Source of the DNA: a virus
Lineage: Duplodnaviria > Caudoviricetes
IMG/VR virus record: IMGVR_UViG_3300017722_005389
DNA: 64,000 nt
Reading direction: 5' to 3' (one strand)
The notes beneath the pieces were generated by a model. The model ran no database searches. It saw nothing but the letters and a program-made list of their open reading frames with translations, and was not told the origin of the DNA. This document shows positions 1 through 9,122 of the stretch, in pieces. Both the position numbers and the translations under genes were made by a program. How positions within the stretch are numbered: position 1 is the stretch's first letter; each line of letters starts with the position of its first letter.

Positions 1-162
1 TACAAACTTATCAGTACTAACGGTATTGTTATCTCAGAACAAAATATTAATGCTAACAATCTCTCCTTAGAAACTAATTATATTCCAAATGGGTTGTATA
101 TTTTACTTCTGATGAAATCTGATAGTTCTTTTGAAACATACAAACTTTATATCAAAAATTAG
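1..162 (+). CDS. C-terminal fragment of a protein ending in a T9SS (Por) type A sorting-domain-like tail
   Basis: Frame 1 reads YKLISTNGIVISEQNINANNLSLETNYIPNGLYILLLMKSDSSFETYKLYIKN*, fitting the Y.L....G.V / L..GLYIL / TYKL.I pattern of Bacteroidota secretion tails; truncated by window edge. Confidence 0.65.
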   Translation, partial: YKLISTNGIVISEQNINANNLSLETNYIPNGLYILLLMKSDSSFETYKLYIKN

Positions 163-176
163 ATATTTATATAAAG

Positions 177-1325
177 ATGAAAAAAATAATCCTCACAGAA
201 AATCAATATAGGCTTCTTTTGAAAGAAGCATCAGGAGTTCCAAACAATATTATAAATGTTGCTTCACAAATATATAATCAATTAATTAAAGATTTAAAAA
301 ATGATGAACAATTGATCTATGATTTTAATAATACTAAATTTAAAATAAATAGAAATTTTGAAATAGGCGATGTTACTTTCAAAGACAGTTATATCAATTT
401 AATTTTAAGTGTAGGTGGTGATGAAATAACCCCATATCAATTTGGAACAAATCCAAAAGATTATCAATATTTTACTAATGATTTGAAACTTAAACCAAAA
501 AATGAAACCCTACCAATTATTGTTGATGTTGGTTTTATGGTTAGTACCGATACTACTGTAAAAGATTTCAAAAATCATTTGATATCCAATGAAACTGAAT
601 ATGTATCAACCATAGCACATGAAATAAAACACGCATATGATTTAATTAAAAATCCTAAGCCTAATATAGATTCTATGGCTAACTATTTAGCAAATACAAG
701 TATGTCAGCCTATGAGTTTGAAGAATTTTTTTATAACTTATATTATATAGAAAATGTTGAAAATTTGGTAAGACCCACAGAAATTATTACTCAAATTGAA
801 AAACTTGGAATAACTAAAAAAGATTTTTTATCATTCATAACCTCAAATAAAGTGGTGACTCAATTAAAAGAAATACAATCATTTAGTTTTGATGACTTAT
901 ATAATTCAATCTTAAAAGAAAGGTTGGAAAAAAATAAAAATAGAAGAGAATTAAATCACTACACTCTTGAATACACACCATTACCACCAAAAGAAGAATC
1001 TGAAATTGTTCAAGAATTAAATAATACCTTAGATAGAATATTCCAAATCCATAAAAGAAATAGAGTAGAAGGTTTCATAAATATTCTTGAAGAAATATTT
1101 GATACAAAAGAAATACCCGAAGAAATTAAGAAAAATGCAATAGAAAAATTTGAAAAGGATACCAATAAATTATTTGGTGGGAATTCAGCTAATTTTTATA
1201 GAGAAGCAGAAAAATTAATGAAAACTAAATCTACTGAAGTTTTACGAAAGATTTATGGATTATATGCTTTAACTAAAGACAATCCAGATAATGTAAAAAA
1301 TACCCAAAACATATTCAAAAGGTAA
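177..1325 (+). CDS. Leader-bearing putative virion/ejected protein, zincin-like metallopeptidase
   Basis: MKKIILTENQYRLLLKE leader; TIAHEIKH (HExxH); paralogous to 47115..48461 (EASGVPNNI vs EALGVPDNI; ENLVRPTE vs ENSVRTSE). Confidence 0.75.
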   Translation: MKKIILTENQYRLLLKEASGVPNNIINVASQIYNQLIKDLKNDEQLIYDFNNTKFKINRNFEIGDVTFKDSYINLILSVGGDEITPYQFGTNPKDYQYFTNDLKLKPKNETLPIIVDVGFMVSTDTTVKDFKNHLISNETEYVSTIAHEIKHAYDLIKNPKPNIDSMANYLANTSMSAYEFEEFFYNLYYIENVENLVRPTEIITQIEKLGITKKDFLSFITSNKVVTQLKEIQSFSFDDLYNSILKERLEKNKNRRELNHYTLEYTPLPPKEESEIVQELNNTLDRIFQIHKRNRVEGFINILEEIFDTKEIPEEIKKNAIEKFEKDTNKLFGGNSANFYREAEKLMKTKSTEVLRKIYGLYALTKDNPDNVKNTQNIFKR

Positions 1326-1336
1326 TTGAATAACAA

Positions 1337-1909
1337 ATGAAAAAAATAATCCTCACAGAGAATCAATATAGACTTCTTTTGAAAGAAAATGAAAAATCTC
1401 TTGAAAAATTTTATCAAGAAAATAATATCGATGAAGATGATCTTTCATATTTAGGTAAAGGTGATTTTGGTAAAGCTTATTCAATAGGAAATAGAAGAGT
1501 TCTAAAGATAACTTCCTCAAAAAATGAATTTGAAATTGCAAAAGAACTTAAAAATAATAATTCACCTGTATTTGATTCATTTGCAAAAATCTATAAGACT
1601 GAAATAATTGGTAGAGATATGTATATTATTTTAGAAGAATTAGATACAGATTCAAGTATACAAGATTTATATTATGAACTGCAAAATCTTTTAGATGAAC
1701 AAGGTCTTCCAATTCAATATCTTAGTTATTTAGATACAGATGAATTGAATATATCTAAAAAATTACAAAGTTTCATGGATGATATGGAAGATATCATAAG
1801 AGCTTATAGAACTTTAGGCATAGAAGCTTCTGATATAAGACCTGAGAATTTAGGTTATTCGGAAAACTTAAAATTGAAAGCATTTGATATAGATAATAAA
1901 CAAAGATGA
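1337..1909 (+). CDS. Leader-bearing protein kinase-like protein
   Basis: LGKGDFGKAY (Gly loop), VLKIT..E, YIILEEL, DIRPEN (catalytic loop), AFDID. Confidence 0.8.
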   Translation: MKKIILTENQYRLLLKENEKSLEKFYQENNIDEDDLSYLGKGDFGKAYSIGNRRVLKITSSKNEFEIAKELKNNNSPVFDSFAKIYKTEIIGRDMYIILEELDTDSSIQDLYYELQNLLDEQGLPIQYLSYLDTDELNISKKLQSFMDDMEDIIRAYRTLGIEASDIRPENLGYSENLKLKAFDIDNKQR

Positions 1910-2646
1910 AAAAAATAATCCTCACAGAAAATCAATATAGACTCCTTTTGAAAGAAGCAAAGGAAAATGTAATATACATTCCATATGACGATGATGACTA
2001 TGATGAACAAGAATCAAGCATAGATGAATACCAAGCTGCAGATGATGCCCTCAAAATTGCAAAAGAAACAGGTGTCAATATCCTAAGAGATAAAAATATC
2101 AAAGGAATACTTTATGATACTAATGAAAAAATTGTAGTAGGAGCACTATGGACTTCAGATGACTCAGATACATTCTCCTTCGATATAGCCATAACCCCAT
2201 CATACCAAAATCAAGGACTCTCATCTGAACTTATAAGTAATGCTATAGATGAATATAATAACCAAAAAAGTATGTATGATGAGATGGGAGAACCTTTCGG
2301 TATGGAAGTAGATGTTATAAATCCAAAGTTGGCGCAAATATTAACAAAACACTACGGATTTAAAACTATCAAAAATGTAAACGACACAAGAGTCTTAATG
2401 ACTATTAACGATCAAAAAGATGAAACCGTCAAGTGTAGTAACTGTGGTTGGGAATGGAAATTAAAAGATGGTGGCAAAAAACCATATTTATGTCATAAGT
2501 GTGGTCATGATAACTCAAAGGCAGAATTAACTGAAAGATGTTGGAAAGGTTACACTCAAAAAGGAATGAAAACAATGTTCGGAAAAAAATACCCTAATTG
2601 TGTTAAAAAAATAAATGATACAAGAACCCTAATAAACATCAAATGA
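1906..2646 (+). CDS. Leader-bearing GNAT acetyltransferase fused to Zn-ribbon and CWKGY micro-domains
   Basis: FDIAITPSYQNQGLSSELI (GNAT motif A); CSNC..CHKC; ERCWKGY..PNCVK. Confidence 0.7.
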   Translation: MKKIILTENQYRLLLKEAKENVIYIPYDDDDYDEQESSIDEYQAADDALKIAKETGVNILRDKNIKGILYDTNEKIVVGALWTSDDSDTFSFDIAITPSYQNQGLSSELISNAIDEYNNQKSMYDEMGEPFGMEVDVINPKLAQILTKHYGFKTIKNVNDTRVLMTINDQKDETVKCSNCGWEWKLKDGGKKPYLCHKCGHDNSKAELTERCWKGYTQKGMKTMFGKKYPNCVKKINDTRTLINIK

Positions 2647-3107
2647 AAAAAATAATCCTCACAGAAAATCAATATAACTTCCTTTTGAAAGAAAATAGAT
2701 CTGAATTATACTCCTATTTAGAATCTGTTAAAGATAATATTGCTAAAGCAGCTCAAAAAGTTTATGATAATTGGGAACAAGATGAAGAAGGTTATGATGA
2801 AGTTTATGGAGGCGGAGGTATCTGCGATGATATAGCTGACGCAATGTGCAATGTAATACAAGGATATGATTGCTTTCATTTATATAATGAACATGATTGC
2901 CATACTTCTATCTATGTTTACGATACTGAAAATAAGGAAATTTATAATGTAGACATCCCTCCGTATAAATATGAAAAAGGATATGGATATACCTGGGAAA
3001 AAATACAAGATGTAGAATTATCAAATAAAGATGTTCAAATAAATGATTTAACTTACGATGAATATATTGATGAAGACGGAGAACCTCTTGAATATCTTTT
3101 TAATTAA
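2643..3107 (+). CDS. Leader-bearing hypothetical protein
   Basis: Leader; acidic domain with GGGICDDIA motif. Confidence 0.8.
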   Translation: MKKIILTENQYNFLLKENRSELYSYLESVKDNIAKAAQKVYDNWEQDEEGYDEVYGGGGICDDIADAMCNVIQGYDCFHLYNEHDCHTSIYVYDTENKEIYNVDIPPYKYEKGYGYTWEKIQDVELSNKDVQINDLTYDEYIDEDGEPLEYLFN

Positions 3108-3230
3108 TACACTATCTCGTAATCCTAATGATGAAATATTTGACTTCTAATGAAGTTTATATACTTTCTAATGAAATGTATAAGGTTTCTAATGAAGTAC
3201 GCTTAAAATGCCTAAAGAATGAGAAATAGA

Positions 3231-3938
3231 ATGAAAAAAATAATCCTCACTGAAAATCAATACGAAAAATTAAAACATGATGCATCCTATTACGATGAAT
3301 CTAATACACGCATCCCTAAAGAAATAGAATTTAATAAGTTAGGCGTAGATGACGAACTTACTATATACTTCAAAGATAATGTTGATAAAGACACCATAAC
3401 CGAATTTCTTAAAGAATTTAACTCCGCAAGAAAAAAAATAGAAAATAGATTCAAACTCAAACTCGGTAGACAATATAAGGATCCAGATGCTCAATATAAT
3501 ATATTCTTTGGAAAAAATATTGTCTTCGATGATACATATAATGGATACAGCTCCGCAGAATACATAAGAGGCTATGCACAACATTCTCCCACAGACAGCT
3601 TCTACTTCAACCTACCTAAAGTCAAAGAACTTTACGATATGGCAAAAAAAGACTGGATACCAAACCCAAACTATAAAGCAAATAAATCAAGAAGCTATAA
3701 TATTAATAAAATAGAAGACATCATTATACACGAAATAGCACACGCCCTCTATTTCCAACAACCAACCTCCAAAAGAAAACAATGGGAAGAATACTTCAAT
3801 CAAGAAGGTTGGCAAAACGCCACATCATTTTATGGGCAAGAAAATGATCAAGAAATGTTTGCTGAAACCATTGTTGACCTCATTAATGGAGAATCTAATC
3901 AAGCAGTATCTGACCTTGTTGAAATATTTGACTTCTAA
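3231..3938 (+). CDS. Leader-bearing zincin-like metallopeptidase
   Basis: Start moved to MKKIILTENQY; IIHEIAH and downstream EMFAE. Confidence 0.75.
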   Translation: MKKIILTENQYEKLKHDASYYDESNTRIPKEIEFNKLGVDDELTIYFKDNVDKDTITEFLKEFNSARKKIENRFKLKLGRQYKDPDAQYNIFFGKNIVFDDTYNGYSSAEYIRGYAQHSPTDSFYFNLPKVKELYDMAKKDWIPNPNYKANKSRSYNINKIEDIIIHEIAHALYFQQPTSKRKQWEEYFNQEGWQNATSFYGQENDQEMFAETIVDLINGESNQAVSDLVEIFDF

Positions 3939-4002
3939 TGAAATCTATGAGGATATTTAAAATAGAATATAATAAATAAAAAATAAAATAAAAAAAACAA
4001 TT

Positions 4003-4638
4003 ATGAAAAAAGTAGTCAAATTAAATGAATCAGATCTTACTAAATTGGTAAGAAAAATTATTAAAGAAAATCTTATCAATGAAGGGATAAGAGCTTACCG
4101 TGATTTTACAGAATTAGTTCGTATGGGAGGATTTAGTTCATCAGAATATTATATAACAATCGACACAGAACCCTTCGTATTAAAATTTACATCTACAAAA
4201 AACCCAAGTGGTATATTTTATATGGGTGATAATGATTGTGCAGGATCAGCTAAAGTTGTTGACTATGCAGTAAATTTATTTTACTCTGAAGCAAATAAAG
4301 AATTACCTTCGGATCAATTACAACCATTTGCCAAAAACATTGTAAAAACAGTTGATCAATATGCAAAAAGAAATTCTTTAATTCAATTTAAAGACTTATA
4401 TAATAATATAAAAGCCATAAATAATCCAAAGGTAATCTATAAAGTTTCATTTTTTGAAAATAATCCTTCCTCATTATCAAATATGATGTCTATGGGAAAT
4501 TTTAAAGATGTGCTTTCAAATGAACAACAACATTATCTGATAGAACATTACTTCAAAAATACTATGATGCAAGTAGTCGGAAATGGTAAAACTTATAAAG
4601 TATACTCACTATGCTATAAATCTCATTCTCTTGAATAG
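4003..4638 (+). CDS. Leader-bearing hypothetical protein
   Basis: MKKVVKLNESDLTKLVRKIIKE..LINE leader. Confidence 0.8.
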   Translation: MKKVVKLNESDLTKLVRKIIKENLINEGIRAYRDFTELVRMGGFSSSEYYITIDTEPFVLKFTSTKNPSGIFYMGDNDCAGSAKVVDYAVNLFYSEANKELPSDQLQPFAKNIVKTVDQYAKRNSLIQFKDLYNNIKAINNPKVIYKVSFFENNPSSLSNMMSMGNFKDVLSNEQQHYLIEHYFKNTMMQVVGNGKTYKVYSLCYKSHSLE

Positions 4639-4707
4639 TACTCACTATGCTATAAATAAATTTTGGTAAATCTTAATCAGTAGATTCTATATCAAGTTGC
4701 AAAATAC

Positions 4708-4732
4708 AAAAGGGTTCAAAAGAACCCTTTTT
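4708..4732. terminator. Bidirectional intrinsic terminator
   Basis: aaaagggttc-aaaa-gaaccctttttt between convergent genes. Confidence 0.7.
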
Positions 4733-5477
4733 TGCTTCCTTTAGGTATATTATTGGAATTTCTATATTTAACCAAAAAATCATGCAAAGCTTTTATCTTT
4801 TCATAAGGAGTACTGTTACGATAAGCATTTAAATCTGTTGTAGACAACTCACTATCTAAAAGAAACAATTTTTCCCAATCTTTGAACACTCCCATATATT
4901 CAGGATGCTCCTCTACAAAATATTCAAAGGCTGGATAATTTATATCCCCTCCAACAAATATTTCAGAAGGATTTATTTTCGCATAGTTTATTGAACCATC
5001 CGAATCTATAATATTCTTAGCCTCTTGATATGCTCTTTCAAGCTCTTCTTTAGTATGTAAATTTAAATACGCAAATTCTAAGAATCTACTCAAAGGCTTA
5101 GTCAAAACAGAATTACCTAAAGCAGGTTTAATCAATTCTTCAAAAGATTCTAATGTTTTCTGTGCATTTCTTTTTCTCGTTAAAAGAATTAAATCTTGCC
5201 TGGTCTTTGTTATTAATTTATCTAAATTTTTAATGAATTCATCACTCTGATTCTTTCTATACCATTCATCAAATCCCTCTGGATCATCCATGAATTCATC
5301 TTGCTTACTGTTCCAATCAAAATTACTTTGATAATAATGACCGTACTCGTTTTTTAATGTATCTAATACTTCTTTGGGGAATGCATTAAAATTAACATCA
5401 AAATTTACATCCTCTCTTAAAACTTTCTGCGCATTCAACACACGAAGCTGCTTAACTATGAACTCTCTTAATAACAT
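4716..5477 (-). CDS. Leader-bearing hypothetical protein
   Basis: MLLREFIVKQLR..VLRE leader; 253 aa. Confidence 0.8.
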   Translation of the reverse strand: MLLREFIVKQLRVLNAQKVLREDVNFDVNFNAFPKEVLDTLKNEYGHYYQSNFDWNSKQDEFMDDPEGFDEWYRKNQSDEFIKNLDKLITKTRQDLILLTRKRNAQKTLESFEELIKPALGNSVLTKPLSRFLEFAYLNLHTKEELERAYQEAKNIIDSDGSINYAKINPSEIFVGGDINYPAFEYFVEEHPEYMGVFKDWEKLFLLDSELSTTDLNAYRNSTPYEKIKALHDFLVKYRNSNNIPKGSKKGFF

Positions 5478-5514
5478 ATGATTTTTTATATAAATATCTT
5501 AATTCTGTATTCTA

Positions 5515-6075
5515 TTACCCCCTTCCATAAAATGCTAATATTTTTTTTCGACCTAATTCAACATGTGCAGCCATTCTATGAGCACCATCACGAAATCTAC
5601 TATCAGTGTAAATTATTGGAGGCAACTCTTCACCACTTCTTATGATATCCATATATTCGTTAACCCTATCAAAATGCTCTAAATCTTCATAATCATCTGC
5701 TAATCTATATTTAGTAAAACTTTCAATTGTTGGAACATACATCAATTCATATTCACCTCTAAATTTACCTGTTGAATCATCCGCAAAATGCCCCATCCTT
5801 TCATATACTTCTGGCAAATCTTCAGCAGAAACAATTTCCCCTAATTTAACACCACCCCATTCAATTCTTTCATCTTCAGATATAGGCTCCACTTCAGGTT
5901 TTGGTGTCGATCTTAATAACGCTTCTAATTTAGGAATATTAGCAATTTCTTCAGGTGTGCCTTCACCGTAATATTTCAACCAGGCTAATTCAATAAATAA
6001 CTCATCGTACCCTTCATCATTAATTTCTTCATTCAATTGACGAAGCTGCTTAACTATGAACTCTCTTAACAACAT
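5515..6075 (-). CDS. Leader-bearing protein with ParB/sulfiredoxin-like domain
   Basis: ELPPII..DGAHRMAA....G...I..F at C-terminus. Confidence 0.65.
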   Translation of the reverse strand: MLLREFIVKQLRQLNEEINDEGYDELFIELAWLKYYGEGTPEEIANIPKLEALLRSTPKPEVEPISEDERIEWGGVKLGEIVSAEDLPEVYERMGHFADDSTGKFRGEYELMYVPTIESFTKYRLADDYEDLEHFDRVNEYMDIIRSGEELPPIIYTDSRFRDGAHRMAAHVELGRKKILAFYGRG

Positions 6076-6186
6076 ATGATTTTTATATAAATATTCTTTG
6101 GAGGAATAAAAAATTGTCTTGAGATAAGTTACATAAACATTGGTGTTACTTTATTTCATAAACCATTTAGACAAAAAAATCTTTCT

Positions 6187-7029
6187 TTATCCGTTAATAT
6201 ATCTATACAAATATGACACAAGCTTTGAACGCATCTTTATTGATAGTAATTCAAATCCGTTAAAATTATTCAATAAAAACTTGTAAGATGAATTGAAATC
6301 TTTAAGCTTTATTCTATTTCTTTTGACTTTACTTAACAACTCTGAAAAACTTGCCCAAACTTCAGAAGTTTGAGTGATATAGTCATTTCCATACCCATCA
6401 ACATAATCGATGCCTATTTTATTATTACTTCTATAATCATCAAACATGTGTCTTAATTCATGGGATAAATTATATATGTAAATGGGTATTAAATATTTTT
6501 GCACTATTTTTTTAACCTCTTCTTTTGTCAATTCACGATCATACTTCTTTTCTAATTTTCTAATACTGGCATATATTAAAGAATTTGTTTCTTGATGATT
6601 GTAATTAATTTTTATTGTGTTTGAATCAAATCCATATGCTAAATTACCATAGACATTAGAGGGCAATCTATTGGTAAAAATAACAATGCATTTTGTAATG
6701 TGTAAAAACTCTTCAAATTCATCATCAAACCCCTTTTCTGACCATTTGTTAAATATTGCATCACATTTTATTTTATAATCATCCTGTAAAATTTCTATAC
6801 CAGTACTATTTTCTAAATCATCCATGATATAATCAATTATTACACTCAAATCCAATTTAGATACTATTTCCTTAGATACTTCATATAAACTATTTTGACT
6901 GCTTAAAAATCCCTCATTAAGCATATTTTCACTATTTTTAACATTTTTTGAATACACCGAAATATCCTCAAATGAATTCTCATTCAAATATTCTATTATA
7001 GTTGCCTTTATAAACTCTCTTAACAACAT
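6187..7029 (-). CDS. Leader-bearing zincin-like metallopeptidase
   Basis: Start moved to MLLREF; LSHELRH and SEVWA. Confidence 0.7.
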   Translation of the reverse strand: MLLREFIKATIIEYLNENSFEDISVYSKNVKNSENMLNEGFLSSQNSLYEVSKEIVSKLDLSVIIDYIMDDLENSTGIEILQDDYKIKCDAIFNKWSEKGFDDEFEEFLHITKCIVIFTNRLPSNVYGNLAYGFDSNTIKINYNHQETNSLIYASIRKLEKKYDRELTKEEVKKIVQKYLIPIYIYNLSHELRHMFDDYRSNNKIGIDYVDGYGNDYITQTSEVWASFSELLSKVKRNRIKLKDFNSSYKFLLNNFNGFELLSIKMRSKLVSYLYRYING

Positions 7030-7120
7030 ATGATTTTTATATAAATATTCTTTGGAGGAATAAAAAAAGCGCATGTACATTTTAGTTACATATGCGCTTT
7101 GTGTTTATTTTTTAGGACAC

Positions 7121-7318
7121 TCAGAAATTATTATCACTATCGCTTTTAAGGTCTATAAATGGTAAAGACATTTCTACTAATTTAGGTATTGTATTACCAC
7201 CATCAAAAACCACATTATATTTTCCATCGTCAGACATCATCTTAATAAAATTGTTCTTTTCTTCTTCTTTTATTTCATGATAGACACCACAAAAAATTGT
7301 TGGTTTGTTGTTTTCCAT
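7121..7318 (-). CDS. Hypothetical protein
   Basis: ORF in co-oriented cluster. Confidence 0.6.
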   Translation of the reverse strand: MENNKPTIFCGVYHEIKEEEKNNFIKMMSDDGKYNVVFDGGNTIPKLVEMSLPFIDLKSDSDNNF

Positions 7319-7325
7319 ATAAGAT

Positions 7326-7856
7326 TTATTTTAAAAAATTATCAAGAAAGCTATCAACACCATCCGAATCAATGAGTTTAAATATTAAACTTTTGAATTT
7401 TAAAATTTCTTGATTAAATCTATCTTCTTTAAATTTAACAAATCTATCTAATTCTAATAGTAAATCTTCTCTCCAACTTTGAGGTTTTAATGTGAAAAAC
7501 TCATAAGAAGAACAACCATCACACAGAAAAAAATGATTATTCATACACTCATCTTTTATACAAGAACTCGTTCCACCAATACTATTTTCGACACATAATG
7601 TAGAAAAATTAGTCCATCCATAATAATCATCCTCATCTTTTTTCCAAAAATTTATTGGAACATAATCCATTACATAAATTTCTGAGCCATAGAATCTTAT
7701 ACAAAATATTTTATCCCCATTATTTAAGTCTGATAATTTTGTTTTTTCTTTTGATTTTATAACCTCTTTTTTTAATTCATCAATATGCTTCAATTGTAAA
7801 TCAATTTCATCTCTCATTTTTAAGAGTTCTTCTTTTTTTAAGTTTTCAATTTTCAT
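7326..7856 (-). CDS. Hypothetical protein
   Basis: 176-aa ORF. Confidence 0.75.
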   Translation of the reverse strand: MKIENLKKEELLKMRDEIDLQLKHIDELKKEVIKSKEKTKLSDLNNGDKIFCIRFYGSEIYVMDYVPINFWKKDEDDYYGWTNFSTLCVENSIGGTSSCIKDECMNNHFFLCDGCSSYEFFTLKPQSWREDLLLELDRFVKFKEDRFNQEILKFKSLIFKLIDSDGVDSFLDNFLK

Positions 7857-7867
7857 ATTTTATTTTT

Positions 7868-8071
7868 TTATTTTATGCTTCGCTCTTTCACAATAAAGTG
7901 TACAGGACACCATTCACTTTTTCTTTCTGATTCTGTTGTTTGTTCTTTCCATAATTTATCTGCTTCTTGTTCTGCATCAATTTTATTATAAAATAATAAT
8001 CCAATTGAATGTTCTTGACTAAATCTTCCATTCAGACCAATGACTTGTACTATTTCAAATATTTTTTCCAT
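7868..8071 (-). CDS. Hypothetical protein
   Basis: ORF in co-oriented cluster. Confidence 0.65.
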   Translation of the reverse strand: MEKIFEIVQVIGLNGRFSQEHSIGLLFYNKIDAEQEADKLWKEQTTESERKSEWCPVHFIVKERSIK

Positions 8072-8336
8072 ATTTTATTTTTTAAGTTGATTAAAAAAAT
8101 TTAAAATCTTCTCTAATTGCTTATCATCATTTGGATAGAACTCACCTTTTTTAAATTGCTCACCCTTCTCATATCCATATTTATCAGCAATATAAGCAAT
8201 GGCTACTTTCATTTTATAATCTTCGATAGATATCACATTTTTCATAATATTAACAAGGTTTTATTAATTTTGAAATAAAATAAGTTTCTTCGGAGAACTT
8301 GCGCAAACATTTGTGTTATAGGTAATAAAACAAAAA

Positions 8337-8567
8337 TTATTTGTTTTTCATTTGAGGATACCACTCATCCTTAAACGCAATATAATCTTGTAAAGTGTTC
8401 ATTTCATCAAGTTCAATCCTTGTAAATAAATCTTCAATTGCAAAATAAACAATTGTTGAATTATTAGGATTCATAGCATCTTGAATCAATCTCCACGATC
8501 TTAACACAAATTCTTTTTCCATAGGTATAATTTTTGTTTTACATACATATACCCAACCGTTATACAC
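8337..8567 (-). CDS. Hypothetical protein
   Basis: ORF; start may be the internal MEKEF. Confidence 0.55.
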   Translation of the reverse strand: MYNGWVYVCKTKIIPMEKEFVLRSWRLIQDAMNPNNSTIVYFAIEDLFTRIELDEMNTLQDYIAFKDEWYPQMKNK

Positions 8568-8582
8568 AATGCTACCAAAGTG

Positions 8583-8966
8583 CTAATATTTGAGTTCAAA
8601 GTTTTTAAAATCAATATTTATAATTTCAATATTATTAGGTTCAATATTTGAAAAATATCTAAATTCTTTTGGTTCAACCCCATTAATACCATCTTTATAC
8701 CAACCTTCACTTGAATTTATTTCATTCAGTTCCACATTTACTTTTAAAACAACAGCTTTATTAGTTTTAACCCAACCGTTTGTAAGCATTGTCTTTGAAA
8801 TAAATTCAATATCATTGGTTAAAAATATTGGTTGCATCCCATAATTTGATTTATATCTTTTATGAGCATCTTTTCTACAAAATCCCGTTTTACCAGAATT
8901 TATTTTTAACCCTTCTGTTAGTATTGAGGTTAGATATTTTTCTTTTGTTATGTGGTATAATTCCAT
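8583..8966 (-). CDS. ADP-ribosyltransferase-fold protein (KptA/DarT-like)
   Basis: LYHIT....L.SI...GL and PIFLT motifs. Confidence 0.55.
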   Translation of the reverse strand: MELYHITKEKYLTSILTEGLKINSGKTGFCRKDAHKRYKSNYGMQPIFLTNDIEFISKTMLTNGWVKTNKAVVLKVNVELNEINSSEGWYKDGINGVEPKEFRYFSNIEPNNIEIINIDFKNFELKY

Positions 8967-9122
8967 TATTGTATTTTTAAAAAGTGATAAAATAAAGAAT
9001 ATGTATCCATTCCATTATAGGAACCATATGACTTCTATATTAGTTCCAAAAGATGCAAATATTTTTCCCCAAATAAAAAAAAGCCACTTTCTTAAGAGGC
9101 TTTTTTGATTTTATGTGAAATG

